Below, in pieces: positions 16,676-25,068 of a stretch of 30,650 nt of DNA. Under the pieces are notes generated by a model. That model was not told where the DNA came from. It saw only the letters and a list, made by a program, of their open reading frames with translations, and ran no database searches. Source of the DNA: a virus. Its lineage: Duplodnaviria > Caudoviricetes. The translations under genes and the position numbers were made by a program. The stretch's first letter is position 1. Every line of letters begins with the position of its first letter. The stretch lies in IMG/VR virus record IMGVR_UViG_3300032233_001054, positions 1 through 30,650 of that record. One strand, 5' to 3'.

Positions 16676-17560
16676 TTACGTCTTTGCCCATTTCTTAACA
16701 ATGTCGTTCACATTATTAACTTTGTCCGGATTACTAGAAGGTGCGGACTCCCTTAATATCGGTTCAGCATCTGCTACTACATCGCTCTTAGTGGACGCTA
16801 CCGTTGTATCCACAATTACCGGTTGAGCTACTGCAGGTGCTTCGCCTTCTGCTTGGAACACTGTTAATTTCACTGCTTGCTCAGCTGCTTTAGATTTACC
16901 TTGTCTGTCAATAATTTCAAACAGCTCTTGAGATAATCCTGCTGCAGGTGACCATAACACCTTTGGTGTTGGCGACTTAGTATCAAATTGCATCTTACTT
17001 ACTACGCGACTTGCACTAACATTGTTGCTTGCCAACATTTGAACGTAAGGTCTAAAACCCCACTTACCATTGTCTTCCCTTGCGAATGCTGATGTTGCAG
17101 GTAAAACTAATTGCATAACATCACCAGCCGGATCATCAGGAAGCACTACAGCTAGACGCCATGATAGACGGCATGCTGACCCACCACCCGCTGCAGAGTT
17201 TTTAACACTGAGTGGACATGAGTCACATGATTTAGCTTGAGGTGACTTTACTTCTACATCAGGAGTTTGAGAGTCACTTGACCAACATGTCGGAGATGAT
17301 TTCTCGCCTTCCTTATAGTTATCCGCATAATATGTTCTTGCTGCATTATGCGCCATCTTTACTACAATTACATTCATGTGACGGTCTTCGATAGTACCTA
17401 CTTCTTTACCACCAGCGTACTTACGAAACACACCACCTTTAATTGAAATACGTTTATTTGAATTTACAGAGCCCCCTGCAACCGCAAGAGTATCAGCATC
17501 TAATCCTGTTTGAAATAGAGCCGGGTTACTTTGTAAAATATTTGCTAATTCGCTACTCAT
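16676..17560 (-). CDS. Putative ssDNA-binding / recombination protein with Cys (Zn) ligands
   Basis: 294 aa with RISIKGGVFR, PTCWSSD, CDSCP and SACR, plus a low-complexity tail ending in Trp. AGGAG RBS; located in the replication cluster. Confidence 0.55.
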   Translation of the reverse strand: MSSELANILQSNPALFQTGLDADTLAVAGGSVNSNKRISIKGGVFRKYAGGKEVGTIEDRHMNVIVVKMAHNAARTYYADNYKEGEKSSPTCWSSDSQTPDVEVKSPQAKSCDSCPLSVKNSAAGGGSACRLSWRLAVVLPDDPAGDVMQLVLPATSAFAREDNGKWGFRPYVQMLASNNVSASRVVSKMQFDTKSPTPKVLWSPAAGLSQELFEIIDRQGKSKAAEQAVKLTVFQAEGEAPAVAQPVIVDTTVASTKSDVVADAEPILRESAPSSNPDKVNNVNDIVKKWAKT

Positions 17561-17571
17561 ATACTACTCCT

Positions 17572-18009
17572 TTATGACCTAACAGTTGGTTTTTTAACTA
17601 CTATATTAAATTCACGCATGGTACTGATTCCAGGAGGTAAACCCTCATTTGCATGGGTTATCATATGCTCTCTAAAATTAGATTGGTTTAAGCGCTGCCA
17701 TAATAATTCAATTGCATTATGTTCTTTAAGGTAGTCCATAAAACTTCCCCAATCGCTACAAACAAATTCTTCTTTGAGAGTTTTGATAATTGTTCCCGCA
17801 CCAGTACGGATACTATCAGCGCTCATTTCATTACACTTACTTAATAACACTTGCTCAATCTGTACTAATTCACTTTTCAATTCAGACTCTTTTGTTTTGT
17901 ACTCGTTGTAGAGCTTATCCTTTTGATTTCTAATTGTCAAGTAAACCTTGACTAATTCATCTAACTGAATATCTTTTGTTTCTATTTCTTTTTCTAGGGT
18001 ATCGCTCAT
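17572..18009 (-). CDS. Conserved replication-module protein with an N-terminal coiled coil (Gam-like by appearance)
   Basis: 145 aa with LVKVYLTIR, SIRTGAGT, CSDW and LPPGI. ATGA overlap with the helicase. Confidence 0.6.
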   Translation of the reverse strand: MSDTLEKEIETKDIQLDELVKVYLTIRNQKDKLYNEYKTKESELKSELVQIEQVLLSKCNEMSADSIRTGAGTIIKTLKEEFVCSDWGSFMDYLKEHNAIELLWQRLNQSNFREHMITHANEGLPPGISTMREFNIVVKKPTVRS

Positions 18010-19571
18010 ATTTCTAACTCCTCTTTATAAAGATCAACTAATTTTGCATGTAAATCTACTTTTCCCTGCAACATCTTATACATCTTCTTCTCAATTTCAG
18101 AACCTTGCAAATGCACAACCGTCATTTTATTCTTCTGTCCATACCTATCCATACGGGCGATACATTGCAAATACGTCTCAACACTTAAAACAGGTGACCA
18201 GAATACCACAGTATCGGCTCTTGTCAAGGTTACTCCATGAGAAGCTGCTTGAGGTTGAATAACTAATACCCTTGGATCATCCATCGTTTGAAACTTATTG
18301 ATTATATTAGCACGTTCTGTTGCAGATACGGGGCCATTTATTATTTCATTTGATATATTTTTTTGTGTTAAATGTCTTGACACTATTTCAATAGTGTGCC
18401 TATAAGGAACAAAGATAAGTACTTTATTCTCTGTTTCTTCTAATACTTCATCAAGTGCGGATAGTCTAGGACTAATATCAAACTCAACTATTTCTTTTTT
18501 ATCTGTGTATACGGCGCCTCCTGATATTTGTAGTAGTTTATTTAATGCGGCAGCTGCGTTTACAGAACTAATAATTTCTCCAGCTGCATGGATAAGCATC
18601 TCTTCTTTTAAAGCTTTGTAATATTTTTGTACCTGTGAAGTTAATGGAACGTCTCGTGTTTGATACATGACGTCAGGTAAATCTAAACAATCATTCTTAG
18701 CAAATCTAATAGCTGGTTGTAATGCTTTGAACACTTCGTCTTTAGCGTTTGTTCTTGGTAACCATTTAAACCTTGTTTTTTGAAACATAACTTTGTCGCG
18801 CCATGCGGTTGTATATTTAGGAACCCTATTAGGGCATATGAATTTAGCTAAACCAAATGCATCGAGGGGTGATTGAGCCGCAGGCGTACCTGTCATCATC
18901 CACATTCTTGTTTCTGGTTTAACTACTTTAGATAAAGTTTTCCATCGAGATGTTGATATAGATTTATATGCATTGGCTTCATCTACAATGATTAAGTCAA
19001 AGCCCCCTTTTATAATAGAATCTAATACAATCGCTAGGCCTTCGTAGTTAATAATTATAAATTCGTAGTCCCCACTAATAATCTTTTCTCTTTTTTGTGC
19101 CGGACCGTGTGCGACTCCGGAAGCTCTATGCATAGCAGTGTTAAAAATGTCGTTCTGCCAAGCCGAATACATAATAGATAATGGGCAAATAATCAAAACT
19201 CTTTTAACTTTACCTAATGTCATTAGATAGTCAGCCGCCCATATAGCAGACGAAGTTTTACCTGTACCTGCTTCGTTAAAACAAAAGGCTCTTTGATTAA
19301 TACTTAAAAATTCTGCAGTGACTCTTTGGTGATCAAACGGTCTATATATGCCCGGCCACTTGTAGTCTCTTGATATTGGAGAAGGCAGGTTAGTGCGGAA
19401 AGATACAAGTTGATTAAGTTTAGTCATTTCATCTACGCCCCAATAAACTAACATCTCTGCTAGGTTACCGTCGCGCTTTAGAACTTCACTCTTCTCAATG
19501 TTACTTGTTATATGCGGAACAATATGCTCCGGTACGGTCAGCTGAACTGCCGCGTTGTCTACTATATGCAT
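18006..19571 (-). CDS. SNF2-family superfamily 2 helicase
   Basis: NEAGTGKT, IIVDEA, MTGTP, HGVTLT and QCIARMDRYGQ. Confidence 0.92.
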   Translation of the reverse strand: MHIVDNAAVQLTVPEHIVPHITSNIEKSEVLKRDGNLAEMLVYWGVDEMTKLNQLVSFRTNLPSPISRDYKWPGIYRPFDHQRVTAEFLSINQRAFCFNEAGTGKTSSAIWAADYLMTLGKVKRVLIICPLSIMYSAWQNDIFNTAMHRASGVAHGPAQKREKIISGDYEFIIINYEGLAIVLDSIIKGGFDLIIVDEANAYKSISTSRWKTLSKVVKPETRMWMMTGTPAAQSPLDAFGLAKFICPNRVPKYTTAWRDKVMFQKTRFKWLPRTNAKDEVFKALQPAIRFAKNDCLDLPDVMYQTRDVPLTSQVQKYYKALKEEMLIHAAGEIISSVNAAAALNKLLQISGGAVYTDKKEIVEFDISPRLSALDEVLEETENKVLIFVPYRHTIEIVSRHLTQKNISNEIINGPVSATERANIINKFQTMDDPRVLVIQPQAASHGVTLTRADTVVFWSPVLSVETYLQCIARMDRYGQKNKMTVVHLQGSEIEKKMYKMLQGKVDLHAKLVDLYKEELEI

Positions 19572-19638
19572 TACTATCCTGACTGATCAAATTGATTAAT
19601 TAACTGCACTCCTTACGGGAGGTAATCGTACTACTAAA

Positions 19639-19950
19639 CTATTTCTTCTTACGCTCTTTTGTACTTGTTTCTGAAACTAAATTACTTTTTGCATCTCTTT
19701 TAAATGAACGATTTGTAGAGGATGATGTAATGTATACACCATTTTTATTAGAGCCCCCTTTGTCTAATGCTTTCTTATGAGCCACATCTTTACCGTTACG
19801 TGCTGGAGATTTTTTTGTTACTGTACCAGTATCTCGTTTATCAATAGCACGGCGGGCACGTTGTCTTTCCATACGGCGCTCGTGTTCCCCACGTTTAAGC
19901 TCCATTTGGTATTCATGGTCGTACGGTCTAGGTTTTTTAGTATATGGCAT
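19639..19950 (-). CDS. Small basic HNH-like protein
   Basis: GKDVAHKKALDKGGSN...NRSF resembles a beta-beta-alpha-Me motif. Confidence 0.7.
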   Translation of the reverse strand: MPYTKKPRPYDHEYQMELKRGEHERRMERQRARRAIDKRDTGTVTKKSPARNGKDVAHKKALDKGGSNKNGVYITSSSTNRSFKRDAKSNLVSETSTKERKKK

Positions 19951-19964
19951 GTCGGTATTATACT

Positions 19965-20621
19965 CTATGTCCGGTTAAAATCACAGCTTTTGACAGGGCA
20001 GAACCTGCATAACGGCGTAGGGTTAGCTTGCCAAGTATTTGATTCGTATGAATTATCTAACCTCTGTAAAGGCACTGCAAATTTATCCCATGATTTTTCT
20101 ATATCGATACGATGATATGTCTCAGGAACAAAGCTTCCGTGCATTACAAATAGTAACCCACCTTTAATCTTTTGTACCTCTGGAAAATGAGCAAACGTCA
20201 TCAACGCCATAAGTCTTAATTGTTTTGGATCAGGATACTTATTACTTCCTGTTTTATAATCTACGATGAATGCATTCTCGCCATCAACAATAAGTAAGTC
20301 TACAATACCTCGAACCCAACGACCCGGATCATCAAACGCACAGACTTTTCTATCTTTAGTTAATGCCATCTCGTACTCAGGATACTTAGTCCCAGGAATT
20401 GCAATCAACTCATCTACTACTGATTTAAATCTTTCGTAATTCTTAGCTAATACAATTCCATCTTTTACATAATCTTCTAAAGCTTTATGAACCTCTGTCC
20501 CATATATCATCTTTTCAGACGGAATAATAGTGTAGTTCTTTGCTACCTTTATCTCATAGTATTGCTTAGGACAATTTTGATATTGTTTTAAAGCCGAGTA
20601 AGACCATGTAAAATCAGACAT
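19965..20621 (-). CDS. Cas4-like PD-(D/E)XK exonuclease
   Basis: WSYS..CPKQY, GTEVH, RGIVD, IVDYKTG, QLRLMA and C-terminal CRFCPVKSC (1+3 Cys arrangement). Confidence 0.9.
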   Translation of the reverse strand: MSDFTWSYSALKQYQNCPKQYYEIKVAKNYTIIPSEKMIYGTEVHKALEDYVKDGIVLAKNYERFKSVVDELIAIPGTKYPEYEMALTKDRKVCAFDDPGRWVRGIVDLLIVDGENAFIVDYKTGSNKYPDPKQLRLMALMTFAHFPEVQKIKGGLLFVMHGSFVPETYHRIDIEKSWDKFAVPLQRLDNSYESNTWQANPTPLCRFCPVKSCDFNRT

Positions 20622-20794
20622 TATTCTTTATCTACTTTCTGAACGTTACCCGTCGATTTATTGAGCTCGTATTCAGCTAACTCTTCTTTCTTTTTCTTAC
20701 CAAATATTCTGTCCCATCCACTTTCAAACATTTCATTGTTAGGTTTAGATTGTAACCAATCTCCTGTCACATCATTCCGCGCTGTCTTTTTCAT
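20621..20794 (-). CDS. 57-aa hypothetical protein (not in the ORF track)
   Basis: MKKTARNDVTGDWLQSKPNNEMFESGWDRIFGKKKKEELAEYELNKSTGNVQKVDKE, with an AAGGAG RBS and a TAATG overlap with the exonuclease. Confidence 0.8.
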   Translation of the reverse strand: MKKTARNDVTGDWLQSKPNNEMFESGWDRIFGKKKKEELAEYELNKSTGNVQKVDKE

Positions 20795-21281
20795 AATTCT
20801 CCTTAATATCTTGCATCAAATCTTCAAAAGTTAATTGATCTTTATCAAGTTCAAACTCCACGCTGAACATGAACCTTGTAGTTTCATAATTATATACTGT
20901 GTGGGGCACTTGCGTATTGTATAAATAATATGTATTAGGTTTATATTGAAGTTCTGCTATTTTAAATACTTGTCCTTCTTTTTGAGGGGCAAACATACTT
21001 GAGCTCCGCATCATTGGCGTTAAGGACATATTAATACCTACGCCCCGTCTAGTATCTGTGTGCCAATCATAACAAGTATAAGGGTCCATTCGCAATACGC
21101 CAGTAACAAAACTATACCTCGTCGATAGCCATTTAAATAAAGGATCTAATTCTATCAAAGGTTCATTTGGTACAGCCCTAGCTGTAAAATTATAGTATTC
21201 ATACCAATCCCCCGGCGCCATTGCTAGCTCTAATAATGCCGGTGCTACTGTAGACTTTTCTTTTATTTCATAGTAGTTCAT
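20772..21281 (-). CDS. 2OG-Fe(II) oxygenase / cupin-fold protein
   Basis: HxD (WHTD), a distal His (VPHTVYN) and a downstream Arg (TRFMFS). Confidence 0.72.
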   Translation of the reverse strand: MNYYEIKEKSTVAPALLELAMAPGDWYEYYNFTARAVPNEPLIELDPLFKWLSTRYSFVTGVLRMDPYTCYDWHTDTRRGVGINMSLTPMMRSSSMFAPQKEGQVFKIAELQYKPNTYYLYNTQVPHTVYNYETTRFMFSVEFELDKDQLTFEDLMQDIKENYEKDSAE

Positions 21282-21663
21282 GATAGGTTCCTAATATCCA
21301 TTTTGCAAATTTAATAAGGTCTTCTGGTGATGCGCTTCCCTTCATTGTATTAGCTTTATGACTAAGCACTTGCACGTTGCCTTTTATATATCCTTTAGTG
21401 TTATCAATCCTGTCTAGCGACGGTGAATTATCTGAAGGACCCGCTCTTACATTTATTCTACCTTCTACAAAAATAGGGATGCCAAGTATAGGGCAGATGA
21501 TAGGAATATCAATATCACTTTCCTCAATGGTTACTTCATGCCCTTTTACTCTACTTCTATATTTTGCATGAATTAATAATGACTTCCCCATGTTGTTGGC
21601 TCTATATCCCCGCATATACTCTGTGTGAGTCATGCCATCTTTATATTTTTTAACACTCGCCAT
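21268..21663 (-). CDS. Free-standing HNH-type endonuclease
   Basis: CPILG...SPSLDRIDNTKGYIKGNVQVLSHKANTMK. ATG 21663 has a GGAG RBS inside the polA 3' end and is preferred over 21687. Confidence 0.8.
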   Translation of the reverse strand: MASVKKYKDGMTHTEYMRGYRANNMGKSLLIHAKYRSRVKGHEVTIEESDIDIPIICPILGIPIFVEGRINVRAGPSDNSPSLDRIDNTKGYIKGNVQVLSHKANTMKGSASPEDLIKFAKWILGTYHELL

Positions 21664-23509
21664 AGCTATCTCCGTGGGCTGCTTCACAAGTAATAGGTAA
21701 TGTCGTTCCCCATGTAGGCGGTGTTGACATGATACCCGTAATATATTTCAACGCATTATCTGCATCGTCTTTCTTTGCTATACAAACTACAGAGTCGTGC
21801 ACGGTTAACACAGGTCTATACTGTTTACTAATCTTAACCATCTGTTCACCAATCACAATCCGTGCTAATGCTTGAATGACATTCTCAACGACTGACCCAC
21901 CCCATACAGAGATATAACCTCGTCTTGATTTATATTTATATTTACCCTTACCTTCTTCGGTGTCCCATTTCAATTCAGGATACTGGATATATAATCCGTT
22001 AGGTAATTGAATACCTTTAGGTGTTACAAGTAATACCTTGTGTGCACCAACGTAATATGGTTCTTTGTTTTCAGGCCATGACGCTATGTCACCCAGTGCG
22101 TTATCACAGTCACCCCATAACTCAATCACCTTGTCATTAACTTCGCGGTAAATCTTGACGTATCGCTTACACTCTTCTTCTTCGATGTTAAGCCCTGTAG
22201 CAACCTTTAATGTATGTTGTAGCTTAGTAGGCCCAGTGCCATAACCTAAGCCTAAAATACATGTCTTGCCTACGGCTCTTTCTACAGCTTCTCTCTTTGT
22301 AATGGTTCTATCAAATACTTTAGATGCAAACTCTGAATAAACATCACGACCTTCTGCATACCATTGAACCACATCGTCTTGCCCCGCTACCCACACGAGT
22401 ATCCGAGCTTCAATCTGTGACGAGTCAGAGTTAATAACTACATGATCTTCTGGCGGTATGACTGCGTTCTTGAGGGCTTTCTTTTTCTTATCTCGACTTG
22501 GTAAGTTTTGGAAGTTAACTTTGTCCGATCCAGCCCATCGACCCGTATGTGCACCGTAATACTTAAGAGGAATAGGCAACTTGCCCTTATTACGCGACCC
22601 AATACCGATGAACCTTTCAATTCTACTCTCCTCAATTGTGCTTTTAGTGCCCAACCTTACGCGACAAAGTTCTTGTATGTATATGTCTTCGTGTTCACAT
22701 AATTCTAGGAAACCCTGATCGCCTTTAGCTAAAGCAAACGTAGGTTTCCCTGTTGCTGGACTTTCTTTCATAGGCACGATTACACCTAGTTCTTCTAAGA
22801 TGACTGCAAACTGTTGGTTACTTGCTAATTTCTTTCTTACACACTCTTCATCTTCGCAACCAAGTTTATCCATGAGACCGTTGAGCATGGCTTTCTTTTC
22901 TTCGTTAACTTCGTCAAGACGATCTTGTAACAACGCATCATCGACCTCTAAGACAGGCTCGGTATACATGCGGATTGTAAGATCAATCAGTTTAATTTCG
23001 TTATCGTTGAAGTCAGGTGCTAATACACCAAAGAGTTTGTAGGTAAGTTCTGTATCGTTCTTACAGTATTCACCATATTGTTTTAAGTCAGCTTCGTTAA
23101 AGTCTTCTAGTCGTTTGCCTTTAGCCTCGACAACTTCAGTGCCTTTACGACCTAATTGATAGCGCTCAACAAGAGCCGATAGACTGCCCCCAGCATCAAC
23201 ACCGTGGATAGCACGAGCCATACACAAAGTATCAAAGTAAAGAGCAGGAATGATGCCATAACGAAAAGATAAAATAGCGCCGTCGAACAAAGTATTGTGA
23301 CAAAGGAGTGCAGAATTTCCCCAATCGATTTTGGATAACGCTTCTTTGACATCATCACCTGTATGCCACGTAGTTTGTCCTTCATCAATTTTAATTCCAA
23401 CACCAATAGTTTGGAAACGTTTATCACGGATGTATTCCTCTGTAGTTAGATTGGTTAGGCTGAATCCCGCCTCATAAAATGTCTCAAAGTCTAGTGTTAC
23501 TAGTTGCAT
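21650..23509 (-). CDS. Family A DNA polymerase with 3'-5' exonuclease
   Basis: Exonuclease motifs DFET, HNTLFD and YCKND; HTGRW; motif A DSSQIEAR, motif B RAVGKTCILGLGYG, motif C TVHDS. Confidence 0.95.
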   Translation of the reverse strand: MQLVTLDFETFYEAGFSLTNLTTEEYIRDKRFQTIGVGIKIDEGQTTWHTGDDVKEALSKIDWGNSALLCHNTLFDGAILSFRYGIIPALYFDTLCMARAIHGVDAGGSLSALVERYQLGRKGTEVVEAKGKRLEDFNEADLKQYGEYCKNDTELTYKLFGVLAPDFNDNEIKLIDLTIRMYTEPVLEVDDALLQDRLDEVNEEKKAMLNGLMDKLGCEDEECVRKKLASNQQFAVILEELGVIVPMKESPATGKPTFALAKGDQGFLELCEHEDIYIQELCRVRLGTKSTIEESRIERFIGIGSRNKGKLPIPLKYYGAHTGRWAGSDKVNFQNLPSRDKKKKALKNAVIPPEDHVVINSDSSQIEARILVWVAGQDDVVQWYAEGRDVYSEFASKVFDRTITKREAVERAVGKTCILGLGYGTGPTKLQHTLKVATGLNIEEEECKRYVKIYREVNDKVIELWGDCDNALGDIASWPENKEPYYVGAHKVLLVTPKGIQLPNGLYIQYPELKWDTEEGKGKYKYKSRRGYISVWGGSVVENVIQALARIVIGEQMVKISKQYRPVLTVHDSVVCIAKKDDADNALKYITGIMSTPPTWGTTLPITCEAAHGDSYGEC

Positions 23510-23527
23510 GGGTGCTTTCTAATTGGT

Positions 23528-23594
23528 GGGCTACTCACGGTTTATGTAAGTGCAAAAATACCATTTTAAACATATAAATAAAGTGCTTTCGCCC
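23528..23594 (-). ncRNA. Candidate cis-regulatory structured RNA in the polA leader
   Basis: GGGC-GAA-AGCAC...GUG-AGUA-GCCC forms a closing stem with a loop-E/S-turn signature and inner AU-rich stems. Confidence 0.45.
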
Positions 23595-23602
23595 GTTGTT
23601 CT

Positions 23603-23845
23603 TTAAATCAATGCTAATACTAACAAGAGTGTGAAGAAAAGTCCAGCCATTATTCTGTTAGTTATCTTCTCATCTTTTTCTATTTGATCCTCACTTTGAT
23701 ACGTTCCCTTCCAAGCTTCATAAGATGATCTTGGTGTAGGTTTATCTACTGTGTCCGGCTGAAAGAATCTCCATCCTTTTTTTGCGTTTTTTGCAAATAT
23801 CTTCATCTGCCAAGGTTCAAAACCTTTTAAGTTTGCGTCTGCCAC
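23603..23845 (-). CDS. 80-aa protein with a C-terminal membrane anchor
   Basis: GTG start at 23845 with AGGAG 7 nt upstream. Ends in IMAGLFFTLLLVLALI. Confidence 0.7.
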   Translation of the reverse strand: MADANLKGFEPWQMKIFAKNAKKGWRFFQPDTVDKPTPRSSYEAWKGTYQSEDQIEKDEKITNRIMAGLFFTLLLVLALI

Positions 23846-23858
23846 AATCTTTCTCCTT

Positions 23859-24053
23859 TTATTTTGAGTGTTTTGTTGATTCGTCTCTGCATTCAACTGA
23901 GCACCACCTTCTTGTATCGGGAACTCCTTCTCCACACCACGTACATATGCCCGTATCGTTGTTTGGTATTTTTGCCTTTGCTTGTGCGTTAGCGATCGTT
24001 GCATGTGTCAAAGTCTCCAAATAATCATTTGCTCTGTCTACTTCATCAGCCAT
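23859..24053 (-). CDS. TraR/DksA-like C4 zinc-finger protein
   Basis: N-terminal D-x-x-D-x-A (DEVDRA), CTWC and CSVEC. Confidence 0.8.
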   Translation of the reverse strand: MADEVDRANDYLETLTHATIANAQAKAKIPNNDTGICTWCGEGVPDTRRWCSVECRDESTKHSK

Positions 24054-24297
24054 TTATACTCTTTCTTGTAACAATAAATCCTGTAGTCCATAATTTACCA
24101 CCATTTACTTTAGCAGGTAATGGGTCAATCAATTTTCTTGCAACAAGCTCATCTAATTTATCTTTTTTAACACTACAATTTTGTTGGATCTTAGTTTGTG
24201 TGACGTTAGGATACTTAGCTCTGTAAGCATTAATCATCTCAGCTCTTTCTTCATCGGTATATCTTTTAAATGGTTCAGGGTACTTCAAAATAAACAT
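24046..24297 (-). CDS. Hypothetical protein, possibly HTH
   Basis: 83 aa with an AGGAG RBS; overlaps both neighbours. Confidence 0.65.
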   Translation of the reverse strand: MFILKYPEPFKRYTDEERAEMINAYRAKYPNVTQTKIQQNCSVKKDKLDELVARKLIDPLPAKVNGGKLWTTGFIVTRKSING

Positions 24298-24461
24298 TCT
24301 CCTACTAGTTTAAATAAGTCTTCTTTGACTTGAATTGGTTTATCTAATTTTACTACGTTCTTACCTTGGTCTTTATGCCACTTAGCTTCCTTCATAGACC
24401 ATCGATATTGGCGTATAACTTCACCATCACTATCTATTACTGCATGACTAAACGGAATCAT
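24285..24461 (-). CDS. 58-aa hypothetical protein (not in the ORF track)
   Basis: MIPFSHAVIDSDGEVIRQYRWSMKEAKWHKDQGKNVVKLDKPIQVKEDLFKLVGECLF, with a GAGGT RBS. Confidence 0.72.
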   Translation of the reverse strand: MIPFSHAVIDSDGEVIRQYRWSMKEAKWHKDQGKNVVKLDKPIQVKEDLFKLVGECLF

Positions 24462-24609
24462 CTGTCCACCTCATTTTAAAATGCCACCACATTTTTCTTA
24501 GCTTGCTTATCTCTTGGTCAATTCGTTTGCGTTTATCAGAAGTTCTTTTTTTAAACCATCTTCTTAGTAGAAGTTTTCCGCCTACTTTTTTAGCACCGTA
24601 TACAATCAT
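24448..24609 (-). CDS. 53-aa basic, Trp-rich protein (not in the ORF track)
   Basis: MIVYGAKKVGGKLLLRRWFKKRTSDKRKRIDQEISKLRKMWWHFKMRWTDDSV, with an ATGA overlap with the upstream gene. Confidence 0.6.
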   Translation of the reverse strand: MIVYGAKKVGGKLLLRRWFKKRTSDKRKRIDQEISKLRKMWWHFKMRWTDDSV

Positions 24610-24821
24610 GGCACTAAAGTCTTTTGTTCAAAGCATTCAAGGTGCGACTTCACAAACATATTAGTTTTTACTTCTTCATAGAGTTCACCTTGTATGCACT
24701 TTAAATTCTTTTCGTATTTCTTTTGTACGTGGATAGATTGCATAATTCCCCACGTTATACATGCGCCCACAATAAGTCCTACAAGAATATATCCTGTGCC
24801 TTCATATTTATTAGAGTCCAT
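24606..24821 (-). CDS. Small single-pass membrane protein
   Basis: TM segment YILVGLIVGACITWGIM and two distal Cys. The start is ATG 24821 or TTG 24833. Confidence 0.65.
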   Translation of the reverse strand: MDSNKYEGTGYILVGLIVGACITWGIMQSIHVQKKYEKNLKCIQGELYEEVKTNMFVKSHLECFEQKTLVP

Positions 24822-25068
24822 TGTTTGCTTCAATCAATCTTTTACTATCATATTTCTTATTCTTCTTTGCCATATCATGCGCATACTTTTGAAATGCTTG
24901 ATGCCCCATAAAATCTTCTAGCACTACTTTATAAGACCCACTTAATTCTACCTCGTTGTCGTTGAAGCCAAGAGGCGCGGTTTTTAACAAGAGCTCGTAT
25001 TGTTCTTTCAGCACTGCCACCACGATAGGCTCTAGCAATTCATACTCTAGATTTAGTTTTACTTCCAC
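24811..25068 (-). CDS. Hypothetical protein
   Basis: 85 aa with a GTG start and AGGAG RBS. Confidence 0.7.
   Translation of the reverse strand: MEVKLNLEYELLEPIVVAVLKEQYELLLKTAPLGFNDNEVELSGSYKVVLEDFMGHQAFQKYAHDMAKKNKKYDSKRLIEANNGL

Noticed and set aside
19965-20621. Cas4-like gene as evidence of a CRISPR system
   Set aside because: No repeat-spacer array or other cas genes; solo Cas4-like nucleases are routine in phage replication modules.
22438-22635. Alternative-frame ORF within polA, with GAGGAG before an internal TTG
   Set aside because: The SD arises from Glu-Glu codons, the start is weak, and it overlaps conserved catalytic sequence rather than a linker.
21650-23509. Intron or intein in polA, given the adjacent HNH gene
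   Set aside because: The ORF is continuous, motifs A-C have normal spacing, and the HNH gene lies after the C-terminus.
23846-24004. N-terminal extension of track ORF 23603..24004
   Set aside because: It overlaps the TraR-like gene; GTG 23845 has a strong SD.
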